A DNA stretch of 62,442 bases, the filler included. It is 6 parts of 6 records of this genome, joined end to end, with 100 filler letters (N's around TTAATTAATTAA, not from the genome) between each part and the next. Parts side by side here need not be neighbours in the genome. Positions count along the whole stretch, not along the records: positions 43,411 to 57,226 come from SRR31156797_5433; positions 57,327 to 62,442 come from SRR31156797_5468; 4 more parts are not named here. One strand, written 5' to 3'. How positions within the stretch are numbered: position 1 is the stretch's first letter; each line of letters opens with the position of its first letter. Of this stretch, positions 48,780-57,328 are shown piece by piece. The translations under genes and the position numbers were made by a program. The notes below the pieces were generated by a model. It made no database searches. It had not been told where the DNA came from and saw only the letters and a program-made list of their open reading frames with translations.

Positions 48780-49190
48780 CTACTTGAGAATTTCGATGGT
48801 CGACGTCAGCATCGCCTTCGACGTCTTGATGACATTCAGATTGGCTTCGTACGACCGTTGCGCTTCGCGCATGTCGCTCATTTCGATCAGGGTGTTGACG
48901 TTCGGCGTCAGCACATATCCGTCGGCGTCGGCCGCCGGATGATTCGGATTGAACTGCTTGTCGAAGTCCGACTTGTCGGGCCGGATCTTGTCGACCCGAA
49001 CGGTATCCAGCCCGATGCGCCGGTCCAGTTCGTTCCGGAAGGTCACCAGCTTGCGCCGATAGGGCTGGTCGCCCAATTGGCGGGGCAGCGAATCGGCATT
49101 CGCGATGTTTTCGGAAATGATCCGAAGCCGCGTGCCCTGCGCCCTCATGCCGGAGGCCGAAATCTGAAAGGTTTTTAAAAGATCGTCCAT
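48780..49190 (-). CDS. flgC: flagellar rod protein FlgC
   Basis: ISENIANADS, HPAADADGYV..PNVN, RSYEANL. Confidence 0.96.
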   Translation of the reverse strand: MDDLLKTFQISASGMRAQGTRLRIISENIANADSLPRQLGDQPYRRKLVTFRNELDRRIGLDTVRVDKIRPDKSDFDKQFNPNHPAADADGYVLTPNVNTLIEMSDMREAQRSYEANLNVIKTSKAMLTSTIEILK

Positions 49191-49218
49191 CTGCTCAGCC
49201 CTTGTTCTTCAACCGCTC

Positions 49219-49620
49219 TTACTTGCCGAGCGCGGTTTTGATCATTTCCATCTGCTTGGTGTAGAGCTTGGTCGTCAGCTTGTGGCTGCTTTGCGTCTTG
49301 TTGATCTTGCCCATCTGTTCCTCGAGCACGACCGAGTTGCCCGACGGTGTCGTTTCGTAGGGCTTGCGGTCCTTGTGCTCGGAGAAATCGCGGATTCGCT
49401 TGCGCCGCCCGCCTTCATGGGTTTCGTGCGTCGAGACCATGTTCAACTGTGCCGATTCGCGGCGGATCAGCCGCTTGAATTCGAATTTCTCGAGATCGTT
49501 CGCTTTGTAGTTGGGGGTATCGGCATTGGCGATGTTCTGCGCCAGAACCTCCTGGCGCTGCGTCAGCCAGTCGAGGCGCTTCTTGGCGATCGCGAATACG
49601 GTGATCTTGTTCAGATCCAT
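49219..49620 (-). CDS. flgB: flagellar rod protein FlgB
   Basis: AQNIANADTPNY, GNSVVLEEQM. Confidence 0.95.
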   Translation of the reverse strand: MDLNKITVFAIAKKRLDWLTQRQEVLAQNIANADTPNYKANDLEKFEFKRLIRRESAQLNMVSTHETHEGGRRKRIRDFSEHKDRKPYETTPSGNSVVLEEQMGKINKTQSSHKLTTKLYTKQMEMIKTALGK

Positions 49621-49689
49621 GATCTCAAGCCCATCTCTTCGGCCGGTCCCATCCGGCGCTGTCCCGGTATGCAGTATCGAGGCGGGCTC

Positions 49690-49704
49690 TTAAGATTCAG
49701 TAAA
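49690..49704. promoter_or_regulatory. near-consensus CtrA box
   Basis: TTAA-GATTCAG-TAAA upstream of flgB. Confidence 0.55.
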
Positions 49705-49773
49705 AGGATGGGAATGAATGACTCGTTAGGGGCGAAGCCGTCATTCTGCCGTCTATTTTCCGCAAGCGCCCGT

Positions 49774-49788
49774 TTAAACAATTCTTAA
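49774..49788. promoter_or_regulatory. consensus CtrA box
   Basis: TTAA-ACAATTC-TTAA in the divergent flagellar promoter region of a GC-rich contig. Confidence 0.8.
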
Positions 49789-49847
49789 GCCTAATCCTGA
49801 AAACTGCTCCTTGGGTTTGTGGACATGTAGACGCGTGGGCAATCGCA

Positions 49848-50195
49848 TTGGCCGATTCCGACAACGGCGCCAAAGGCGGCGAAACAGGCAAAGAAAAAGT
49901 GCAGAAGGCCGTGGCGCTCAGTCACGAGCCGCTTCGCCGTGAGCGCCCCAAGGTGGTCGCCACCGGGCGCGGCGCCATCGCCGAGCAGATCCTGCAGATC
50001 GCATTCGCCAACGACATCAAGGTTCGTGAAGACGCCGATCTGGTCGAGGTCCTGAACTCGGTCGATATCGAAAGCGAGATCCCGCTCGAGGCCCTGGCCG
50101 CCGTCGCAGAAATCCTCGGCTACGTCTACCGCGCCAACGGTTCCCCAATCCCGAGTTTCGATTTCGGCCCACCGCCGGAGGAACCGCAGCCATGA
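49848..50195 (+). CDS. stand-alone FlhB C-terminal-like protein (EscU/YscU family)
   Basis: KAVAL...PKVVATGRGAIAEQI...EIP..AVAEIL.YVYR. Confidence 0.85.
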   Translation: MADSDNGAKGGETGKEKVQKAVALSHEPLRRERPKVVATGRGAIAEQILQIAFANDIKVREDADLVEVLNSVDIESEIPLEALAAVAEILGYVYRANGSPIPSFDFGPPPEEPQP

Positions 50196-50530
50196 CCGAT
50201 ACCCCCGAACAGAACCCGGCCGACGTGCTGGCCGATCTCGATAAGGTCGAATCGCTGGTCGCCACGGCGCGCCGCATCCTGGCCGAAGGCGGCATGATTG
50301 ATCTGTCGGCGCTGGAAGGCAAAGTCGGGCAGCTTTGCCTCGCCGCCAGGGAGGCGCCGCCGGAGGAACGCGAGCGTGTCCTCCTGGCGCTGGAAAAACT
50401 GATCGGCGGGCTTGACGAACTGGCCAAGGAATTGTCCGAGCAGTTCGGCGCCATCGGCGGCGAAACCGACGATACGCGGCGGGAACGGGCGGCCGACGCC
50501 TATGGCAAAAACGCGCCGAAAAAACCTTAG
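50192..50530 (+). CDS. hypothetical helical protein in flagellar operon
   Basis: ATGA overlap with the upstream gene; SD GGAGG-like. Confidence 0.65.
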   Translation: MTDTPEQNPADVLADLDKVESLVATARRILAEGGMIDLSALEGKVGQLCLAAREAPPEERERVLLALEKLIGGLDELAKELSEQFGAIGGETDDTRRERAADAYGKNAPKKP

Positions 50531-50548
50531 AACCGGGAACAGGCGGGA

Positions 50549-50893
50549 ATGGACCTCGATTACAGCGATTATTTCCAGTTCGTATTCGCCCTGATCTTCG
50601 TTTTGGCGTTGATCGGGGTCTTTGCCTTGATCGCCCGCCGCATGGGCCTGGGCTATCGCACGCCGGCGCGCGGCAAGCAATCGAAGCGTCTTTCCCTGAT
50701 CGAAATCCTGCCCCTGGACGCCAAGCGGCGCATCGCCCTGGTGCGGCGGGATTCGGTCGAACACCTGGTCCTGCTCGGCGCCACCAACGACGTCGTCATC
50801 GAATCCGGCGTGCCGGTTCCGGCCGACGCCGATTTCGAAGCCGCCCTGGCCGAAACCACCGGCGCCATCGAGAAACCGGAAAACGGGCGATGA
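50549..50893 (+). CDS. fliO: flagellar protein FliO
   Basis: N-terminal TM, then RLSLIE.LPLDAKRRIALVRRD..EHLVLLG. Confidence 0.88.
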   Translation: MDLDYSDYFQFVFALIFVLALIGVFALIARRMGLGYRTPARGKQSKRLSLIEILPLDAKRRIALVRRDSVEHLVLLGATNDVVIESGVPVPADADFEAALAETTGAIEKPENGR

Positions 50894-51654
50894 ACTCGCA
50901 ACTCCCCCGCCAGATCACCAACGTCATGATCGCCGCCGTTCTGGCGCTGGCGGTGCTGGCCATGAGCAGCACGTTCGCCGAAGCCCAAACCCTGTCCATG
51001 GACATGGGCCAAGGCGGCGGCACGGCGACCGGGCGTATCGTTCAGTTGCTGGCGCTTTTCACCGTTCTCAGCCTGGCGCCGTCGATCCTCATCATGGTCA
51101 CGTCGTTCACGCGCATCATGGTGGTGCTTTCCTTCCTGCGCACGGCGATGGGAACGCAACAGACGCCGCCGAACCAGGTATTGGTCAGCCTCGCTTTGTT
51201 CATGACCCTGTTCATCATGATGCCGACGATTCAGGCCTCCTACGACGAGGGCATCGCGCCCCTGATGAACGAACAGATCGACGAATTCGAAGCCTTCGAG
51301 CGCAGCATGAAACCGATGCGCGACTTCATGATGAAACACGTGCGCGAACAGGACATTGTTCTTTTCGTCGACATCGCCGAACTACCGGACGAGGAAGTGC
51401 GCGCCCAAATGCCGCTGCGCGTGCTGATTCCGGCCTTCATGATCAGCGAATTGCGCCGCGCCTTCGAAATCGGCTTCCTCGTCTTCATCCCGTTTTTGAT
51501 CATCGACATGGTGGTCGCCTCGGTCCTCATGTCCATGGGCATGATGATGCTTCCCCCCATCATCATCGCGTTGCCGTTCAAGATCATCTTTTTCGTGCTG
51601 GTCGACGGCTGGTACCTGATCGTCGGCTCCCTGGTCCGCAGCTTCGGCGGTTAG
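50890..51654 (+). CDS. fliP: flagellar export pore protein FliP
   Basis: TSFTRI, QQTPPNQ, PAFMISEL, MGMMMLPP, LVDGW. Confidence 0.97.
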   Translation: MNSQLPRQITNVMIAAVLALAVLAMSSTFAEAQTLSMDMGQGGGTATGRIVQLLALFTVLSLAPSILIMVTSFTRIMVVLSFLRTAMGTQQTPPNQVLVSLALFMTLFIMMPTIQASYDEGIAPLMNEQIDEFEAFERSMKPMRDFMMKHVREQDIVLFVDIAELPDEEVRAQMPLRVLIPAFMISELRRAFEIGFLVFIPFLIIDMVVASVLMSMGMMMLPPIIIALPFKIIFFVLVDGWYLIVGSLVRSFGG

Positions 51655-51698
51655 CGACCGAAAGGTTTCGTACCCTTTTTTTCCTGCCTTCCCTTTTT

Positions 51699-52769
51699 TC
51701 ATTCCCGCGGCGCGGCGGTGGAGCCGCGGACAACCAGTTCCACATCGAGCTTGTCGTGGCGGATTTCGCCGGCGTGATCGAGGATCGCCTGCACCGCCCG
51801 CCGGCCGATCTCGGCGATGGGCTGCTGGATGGTGGTCAGCGGCGGCGACGAAGCGGCGCTTTCCGGCACCCCGTCGAAACCGACGACGGACACGTCGCCG
51901 GGCACCGAAAGCCCCCGCGTTTTGAGCCATTCCAAGGCAATCAAGGCCATGCGGTCGGATTGGGCGAGGATCGCCGTCGGCCGAGGCGATTCGGCGAAAA
52001 TCTCTTCGAGCGCGGCATGCACGGTGGCCTCGTCGTTCCAGGTCTCGAACACCGGCACCGCCGCCGTGTCGACGCCGAACGCCTCCATCGCCTCGAAATA
52101 GCCCTTCATGCGGGCGGCCGACTCGTGACAGACGCCGGCGCCGATCCGTTCCGGGGTGGCGCGTCCGAACCCGCCGTCGGAAAATTCCAGGGTGAGGACG
52201 GCGAACCGGCGATGCCCGAGTTCCAGCAGGTGCCGTGCGCCCATGCGCGCCCCCGCGACATCGTCGATGCCCACCACCGAAAGCGACTTGTCGTCGTAAC
52301 CGAACCACAGCGCGACGAACGGCAATTGGCGTTCCCGGGATTGGGCGATCAGTCGGTCCGCGTCGTACAGGCAGAACAGAATGAAGCCGTCGACGACCGC
52401 ACTGCCCATGTTCCAGGCGAGTTCCTCCTCGTTGGCGGCGGAAACAAGCGAGATCCCCCTGCCGTTGGCATCGCAGGTTTTGGCAATGCCGGTCATCAGG
52501 GCCCGGGCGAACGGGTCCTCGAAGAATTCGCTGAGCGGCTGCGCCGTTGCAACGCCGATGGCGTGTACCTTGCCGGCGCTGAGCAGCCGCCCCTTCGGAT
52601 CGGGGCCGTGATAGCCGAGGGACTTGGCTGCCTCGCGCACCCGCTCGCGCACTTCGCGGCGCACGATCTTCGGTCGGTTGAAGACGTTCGACGCCGTCCC
52701 CTTCGAAACCCCCGCCGCCTTGGCAACATCGGCCAGAGTCGCCGTCTTTTCGAGGTCGCTCTTCGCCAT
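51699..52769 (-). CDS. LacI-family transcriptional regulator
   Basis: TLADVAKAAGVSKGTASNVFN HTH; VSVVGFDG, PPLTTIQQP, VVRGST. Confidence 0.93.
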   Translation of the reverse strand: MAKSDLEKTATLADVAKAAGVSKGTASNVFNRPKIVRREVRERVREAAKSLGYHGPDPKGRLLSAGKVHAIGVATAQPLSEFFEDPFARALMTGIAKTCDANGRGISLVSAANEEELAWNMGSAVVDGFILFCLYDADRLIAQSRERQLPFVALWFGYDDKSLSVVGIDDVAGARMGARHLLELGHRRFAVLTLEFSDGGFGRATPERIGAGVCHESAARMKGYFEAMEAFGVDTAAVPVFETWNDEATVHAALEEIFAESPRPTAILAQSDRMALIALEWLKTRGLSVPGDVSVVGFDGVPESAASSPPLTTIQQPIAEIGRRAVQAILDHAGEIRHDKLDVELVVRGSTAAPRE

Positions 52770-52815
52770 GTGTCCTCTTCCGCCCGTTACACAATTCGTT
52801 GATATAGCATCGATT

Positions 52816-52912
52816 TTGAACCGGTTCAATTTTCCCTTGACTCCAACGCCGCACGACGTATCATTTGAACCGGTTCAAGGGATTATTGCAAACCGCCTTT
52901 GAACCGGTTCAA
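52816..52912. promoter_or_regulatory. three perfect TTGAACCGGTTCAA palindromes (LacI-type operators) around a sigma70-like promoter
   Basis: Copies at 52816-52829, 52865-52878 and 52899-52912; TTGACT (52837)-N16-TATCAT (52859). Confidence 0.85.
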
Positions 52913-52960
52913 CCAATCCCAATCGGACATTGCCATCCGAAGGACCGGAAGGAGTGAGTC

Positions 52961-53224
52961 ATGACTCCGCTGGAATTCTCTGTTCGTCTTTATGAACGAC
53001 GCGCCCGGAACGATTGGCTCAAAACGCTTCGTGCAGCCTGGCGCGCCCTTCTGAATGACCGCCGGGAACGGAAGGCCATCGTTGCCCTGTCGCGTCTCGG
53101 GCCACGCCTGATCCGCGACGCCGGGTTTGACCCCGATCTGATCCTTGAAGCATTGGACGGCACCTGGGACGAGGTCGATCCCGGCCGTTTCCGCAACCGC
53201 CTGCCCTGGCGGGACCGCGTTTGA
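52961..53224 (+). CDS. small Arg-rich DUF1127 (YjiS)-like protein
   Basis: SD AAGGAG; RRERKAIVALSRLGPRLIRDAGF resembles the DUF1127 R...L..L....L.D.G pattern. Confidence 0.65.
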   Translation: MTPLEFSVRLYERRARNDWLKTLRAAWRALLNDRRERKAIVALSRLGPRLIRDAGFDPDLILEALDGTWDEVDPGRFRNRLPWRDRV

Positions 53225-53279
53225 GAGAGCGTCCGTGCTCATGTCCATGGGCACGATCTAGCCACCCGAATACAGGCCG

Positions 53280-53537
53280 TCAGTAGATGCCTTCCTTGCG
53301 CAGCAGGAAGATGCCGGTGACGACGGCGAAAAAGGCGATGCCGATCAACAGGCGCCCGACGGTCGACATGGATTTCACGATTCGAAGCTCGCCGCCGCAT
53401 TCGGCGCAGGCCGGCGACGTCTTGTCGACGCCGTCGGACGCGTTGACGTAGCCGCACTGCCGGCATTTTAGCTCGATGCCGTCTTTCGAATACCAACGGC
53501 CGTACGAAGCAAAACCGATATCCCAGCGTCCGCGCAT
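53280..53537 (-). CDS. small zinc-ribbon membrane protein (hypothetical)
   Basis: CRQC...CAEC followed by one TM helix; starts 5 nt after the speE stop. Confidence 0.5.
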   Translation of the reverse strand: MRGRWDIGFASYGRWYSKDGIELKCRQCGYVNASDGVDKTSPACAECGGELRIVKSMSTVGRLLIGIAFFAVVTGIFLLRKEGIY

Positions 53538-53542
53538 GAAAC

Positions 53543-54400
53543 CTATCCGATCAGTTCTGAAATAAACGGCGGCAGCGCGAAGGACGCGGCGTGCACGGCC
53601 GGGCTGTAGTATTTGGTCGCAATCCCGGCCGCTTTGAACCTTTTCGCCAGATCCGCCTCATCGAGCCTTCGCAGGGTCGCATCGTCGCTCGCCCATCCCA
53701 GCGCCATGAAGCCGCCGATATAGGTCGGCACGACGGTCAGATAACACGACACGTCGGCGAAATGCGCCGACAGGCGGCGGATACTGTTGGTCAGTTCCTC
53801 GCCTTGGAACAGCGGCACGCCGTTCTGCGTCACGACGATGCCGCCCGTATTCAGGCAGCGTTTGCAATCGCCGTAGAAGGATTCGCTGAACAGCACCTCG
53901 CCGGGGCCGACGGGATCGGTCGAATCGACGATGATCACATCGAAGCGCCGATCGGTCTCGGCAACGAACTTGACGCCGTCGGCGATCAGCAACTCGGTGC
54001 GCGGATCGTCAAACGCCCCGTCGCTCAGGAACGGCATGTGTCGGCGGCACAGATCGACGACCGTTCCGTCGATCTCCACCTGCGTCGCGCTTTCGATCGG
54101 GTGTTTCAGGACCTCGCGCAGCACCCCGCCGTCGCCGCCCCCGACAATCAAAACGCTGGCCGCTTTGCCGTGCGCGAACAGCGGCACATGGGCCAGCATT
54201 TCGTGGTAGCAGAATTCGTCGTGTTCGGTCGTCTGGATGATGCCGTCAAGCGCCAGCACGCGGCCGAAATGCGGCGTCTCGAAAATCACCAGTTCCTGGA
54301 ATTCGGTTTTGGTCTCGCAGACGACACCGCTGACCTCGAAGCGCTGCGCGTAGCCGTGATCGACGATGCCGTCGTGCAGCGCCTCGGTATACCAGGTCAC
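53543..54400 (-). CDS. speE: polyamine aminopropyltransferase (spermidine synthase)
   Basis: LALDGIIQ, YHEMLAHVP, GGGDGG, DVIIVDSTDP. Confidence 0.95.
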   Translation of the reverse strand: MTWYTEALHDGIVDHGYAQRFEVSGVVCETKTEFQELVIFETPHFGRVLALDGIIQTTEHDEFCYHEMLAHVPLFAHGKAASVLIVGGGDGGVLREVLKHPIESATQVEIDGTVVDLCRRHMPFLSDGAFDDPRTELLIADGVKFVAETDRRFDVIIVDSTDPVGPGEVLFSESFYGDCKRCLNTGGIVVTQNGVPLFQGEELTNSIRRLSAHFADVSCYLTVVPTYIGGFMALGWASDDATLRRLDEADLAKRFKAAGIATKYYSPAVHAASFALPPFISELIG

Positions 54401-54879
54401 GGAATCAGGCCCCGCTTATGCTCCGCCAATTGCACGCTGGCCGGTTCGAAGGTTTCCTTCAGAACCGGAATCGACTTGTAGGGATCGCAATCGCCGCACA
54501 TGAAAATGTCGAGCGCCAGATAGTCGCGCTCCGGCCAGGTGTGGATGCTGATATGGGATTCGGCCAGCACGACCACGCCCGAGACGCCGCCGTAGGGCGA
54601 AAAACGATGGGTGTGGGCATGCAGAACGGTTGCCCCAGCCGCCCGCGCCGCCCTTGTCAGCGCCGCTTCGATAAGTGCCGGGTCGTCCAGATTCCCGGCT
54701 CCCCACATTTCGACGAGCAGGTGCGTGCCGGCGAACACGACGCCGTCGCGTTCGACAAAATAATCCTGCTTATCGTTGGCCGGAAATGGTGTGATTTTTT
54801 CGTCCTCGGCGGGGTCGTTGGACCCGGGCTGGGCCACCCCCGAGGCAATCTCCAATTCGGCAAGGACATTGCGCGACAT
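54397..54879 (-). CDS. speD: S-adenosylmethionine decarboxylase proenzyme
   Basis: LAE|SHISIHTWPE pyruvoyl cleavage site; DIFMCG. Confidence 0.93.
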   Translation of the reverse strand: MSRNVLAELEIASGVAQPGSNDPAEDEKITPFPANDKQDYFVERDGVVFAGTHLLVEMWGAGNLDDPALIEAALTRAARAAGATVLHAHTHRFSPYGGVSGVVVLAESHISIHTWPERDYLALDIFMCGDCDPYKSIPVLKETFEPASVQLAEHKRGLIP

Positions 54880-55008
54880 CGCATCCCCCCAAACCAGCAG
54901 ACTTACCGCTGTCCGCGTCATAAAATTTTAACAATAGACCGGGGTCCCGGCCAACCAGGAAATCGCGCACAAACGAACTCATCCGGGAGCCGCAAAATCC
55001 GCGCGGCG

Positions 55009-55287
55009 TCAGGTACTCGCGTCTTCGTCCGGCGTCAAGGTTTTTAAGGCCAGCGCGTGAATATCGGAGGACATTTCATCGGCCAGCGCCGCATAGGCCA
55101 GGCGTTGGCGCTCGATCCGGGACTTGCCGGCGAAGGCATCCGAAACGATTTCGACGCTGAAATGCGATTCGCCTTCGGGCCGGGCACCGGCATGGCCCTG
55201 GTGTTTGTGCGATTCGTCGACGATGGAAAGCCGCAGCGGTTTGAAGGCGGCGGTCAGTTTGTCCTCGATGGCGGCGGCAACCCGCAT
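55009..55287 (-). CDS. bolA: BolA-family protein
   Basis: DESHKHQGH, ESHF, FAGKSRIERQR, IHAL. Confidence 0.92.
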   Translation of the reverse strand: MRVAAAIEDKLTAAFKPLRLSIVDESHKHQGHAGARPEGESHFSVEIVSDAFAGKSRIERQRLAYAALADEMSSDIHALALKTLTPDEDAST

Positions 55288-55408
55288 TTTAATTTCCTTT
55301 GCTGAGGCACTCGAACGAACCCGAGATAATTGGTAAGGTCCGGCTATACGTCAAGGCACCGGGACCAATAATCGGTTGCGGGCCTTTTCTCCGAAAGGCA
55401 AACCCAAA

Positions 55409-56302
55409 GTGAACAACAGCAAGGAACGGCGCGCGATTCTCCTGCTCGGCGCCGTCGTCTTTTTTTGGGGGATCAACTGGCCGATCATGAAGGTCGGCCT
55501 CGACTACATCACGCCGCTGTGGTTCGCCCTGGCGCGCATCGCATTGGGCGGTGTCTGTGTTGTCGTCCTGTTGGCGGCGCTTGGGCGGTTGCGGCTGCCG
55601 GTCCGCGAGGAAATTCCCGCCATCGTTTCGATCGGCGTCTTCCAGATCGGCGTCATCATGGCGTTGTTCCATCTTGGGCTTCAGCACCTGGAAGCCGGCC
55701 GCTCGGCCATGCTGGCCTACACGACGCCGCTGTGGGCGGCGCCGATGGCGGCCGTGTTTCTTCGCGAATCGCTTGGCCTGCGAAAGCTTCTGGGCATCGC
55801 CCTGGGGCTCGGCGGGGTTGCCGTGCTGTTCAACCCGGCAAGCTTCGACATCAATGATTCGCAAGCGATCCTGGGCAATTTTTACCTGATTCTCGGCTCG
55901 ATCGTATCGGCCGGTGTTATCGTCCATCTGCGGGCGCGCGGGCAGGCCATCACCGCCCTCGAACTGGTGCCCTGGCAGATGCTCCTCGGCGGCCTGGTCC
56001 TGATTCCGGTGACCCTGCTGGTCGAGGGCATGCCGGATATCCATTGGTCGGTGCCCCTGATCGCCGTTATCGCCTACAACGGGCCGATTACCTCGGCCTT
56101 CTGCCTGTGGGCCTATGTCGTCGTCATGCGCGATCTGCCGGCAACGACAACCGCGGTCGGGTCCCTGGGTGCGCCGGTGTTCGGTGTCCTGGCATCGGCG
56201 GTATTTCTGGCCGAGCCGATGCCGGGATCGAAGATTCTCGGCCTGATTCTGATCGCCGCGGGTGTGATCGCCGTTACCCTGTCAAGTCTAAAACGGCACT
56301 GA
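55409..56302 (+). CDS. DMT/EamA family transporter
   Basis: FWGINWPIMK, about 10 TM segments. Confidence 0.85.
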   Translation: MNNSKERRAILLLGAVVFFWGINWPIMKVGLDYITPLWFALARIALGGVCVVVLLAALGRLRLPVREEIPAIVSIGVFQIGVIMALFHLGLQHLEAGRSAMLAYTTPLWAAPMAAVFLRESLGLRKLLGIALGLGGVAVLFNPASFDINDSQAILGNFYLILGSIVSAGVIVHLRARGQAITALELVPWQMLLGGLVLIPVTLLVEGMPDIHWSVPLIAVIAYNGPITSAFCLWAYVVVMRDLPATTTAVGSLGAPVFGVLASAVFLAEPMPGSKILGLILIAAGVIAVTLSSLKRH

Positions 56303-56344
56303 TGTCTTCTTGCCAGAGCCGGGCCTAGGTCGCATATTTCAGAA

Positions 56345-56953
56345 ATGGCCAAGGCATCGAAGAAGCGGTTCAACGGATACGTCCCCGGGCAGGAGACTGC
56401 GCCCGAGGAACCCGTCGTGCACCGGTGCGAGTGGCCGGGCTGCAACGAGCCGGCCGATCACCGCGCCCCGCGGTCGCGCGACCGGCTGAACGATCACGCC
56501 TGGTTCTGCCTCGATCACATCCGCGCCTACAATTCGTCGTGGAACTATTACGAAGGCATGACCGAACAGGAAGTCGAAGCCGAGATCCGGCGCGACACCA
56601 TCGGCCGCCGCCCGACCTGGCCGTTCGGCACCCGCGCCGCGACCATGCGGTTCATGCGCGGCCAGTTCGGCGATTCCTTCGGATTGTTCGAAGAGGACGC
56701 CGAACCGCAGGCCGGCGGTACCGGCCCGCGCTATTTTGCGCCGGGCTCGGCCGAGGAAAAGGCCTATGTCGTTCTCGACCTGTGTCCTCCGACCTCGACG
56801 GACGAGGTAAAAAGGCGATACAAACAACTCGTCAAACGTTATCATCCCGACGCCAATGGCGGGGACAAGACAGCCGAAGAGCGTTTCAAGGAGATCAACC
56901 AGGCCTACCACACGATCATGGAAAGCCTTTCGGCCAGCGACACGGCCTCCTGA
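56345..56953 (+). CDS. C-terminal J-domain protein with N-terminal Cys/His motif
   Basis: CEWPGC...FCLDH; KRYHPDANGG; typical alphaproteobacterial position upstream of cobS. Confidence 0.9.
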   Translation: MAKASKKRFNGYVPGQETAPEEPVVHRCEWPGCNEPADHRAPRSRDRLNDHAWFCLDHIRAYNSSWNYYEGMTEQEVEAEIRRDTIGRRPTWPFGTRAATMRFMRGQFGDSFGLFEEDAEPQAGGTGPRYFAPGSAEEKAYVVLDLCPPTSTDEVKRRYKQLVKRYHPDANGGDKTAEERFKEINQAYHTIMESLSASDTAS

Positions 56954-57008
56954 CGTCCCATCCGATCCGTCACGGCATATTCAAACCACAAACCGGAAAC
57001 CTACGATC

Positions 57009-57226
57009 ATGAACGCGCCTGCCCAAACCGAACCGTCGACCGCCCAATTCCCGCTTGATGCGCCGGACATCATGGTTTCGGTGCGTCAATGCTTCGGGCT
57101 CGACAGCGATATGGAAGTGCCCGCCTTCAGCATGGGCGACGAGCACGTTCCGGACATCGACAACGCCTACCAGTTCGATTTCGACACGACCATGGCCATC
57201 CTGGCCGGGTTCGCCCACAACCGCCG
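57009..57226 (+). CDS. cobS: CobS-type AAA+ subunit N-terminus (truncated at contig edge)
   Basis: PD..VSVRQCFGLDSDMEVPAF...Y.FD.DTT.AILAGFAHNR. Confidence 0.85.
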
Positions 57227-57326
57227 NNNNNNNNNNNNNNNNNNNNNNNNNNNNNNNNNNNNNNNNNNNNTTAATTAATTAANNNNNNNNNNNNNNNNNN
57301 NNNNNNNNNNNNNNNNNNNNNNNNNN
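57227..57326. other. artificial contig spacer
   Basis: N-TTAATTAATTAA-N. Confidence 0.98.
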
Positions 57327-57328
57327 TC

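Noticed and set aside
51382-52854. 490-aa minus-strand and 348-aa plus-strand ORFs overlapping the LacI gene
   Set aside because: Arg/Gly-rich off-frame products; the LacI frame explains the region.
52816-52912. Three identical repeats as a mini-CRISPR array
   Set aside because: Repeats are only 14 bp, perfectly palindromic, with unequal spacers (35 and 20 nt), no cas genes, and sit next to a LacI gene; they are operators.
54880-55008. Possible riboswitch or leader upstream of speD
   Set aside because: No recognisable aptamer consensus by eye; an Rfam/Infernal scan would be needed.
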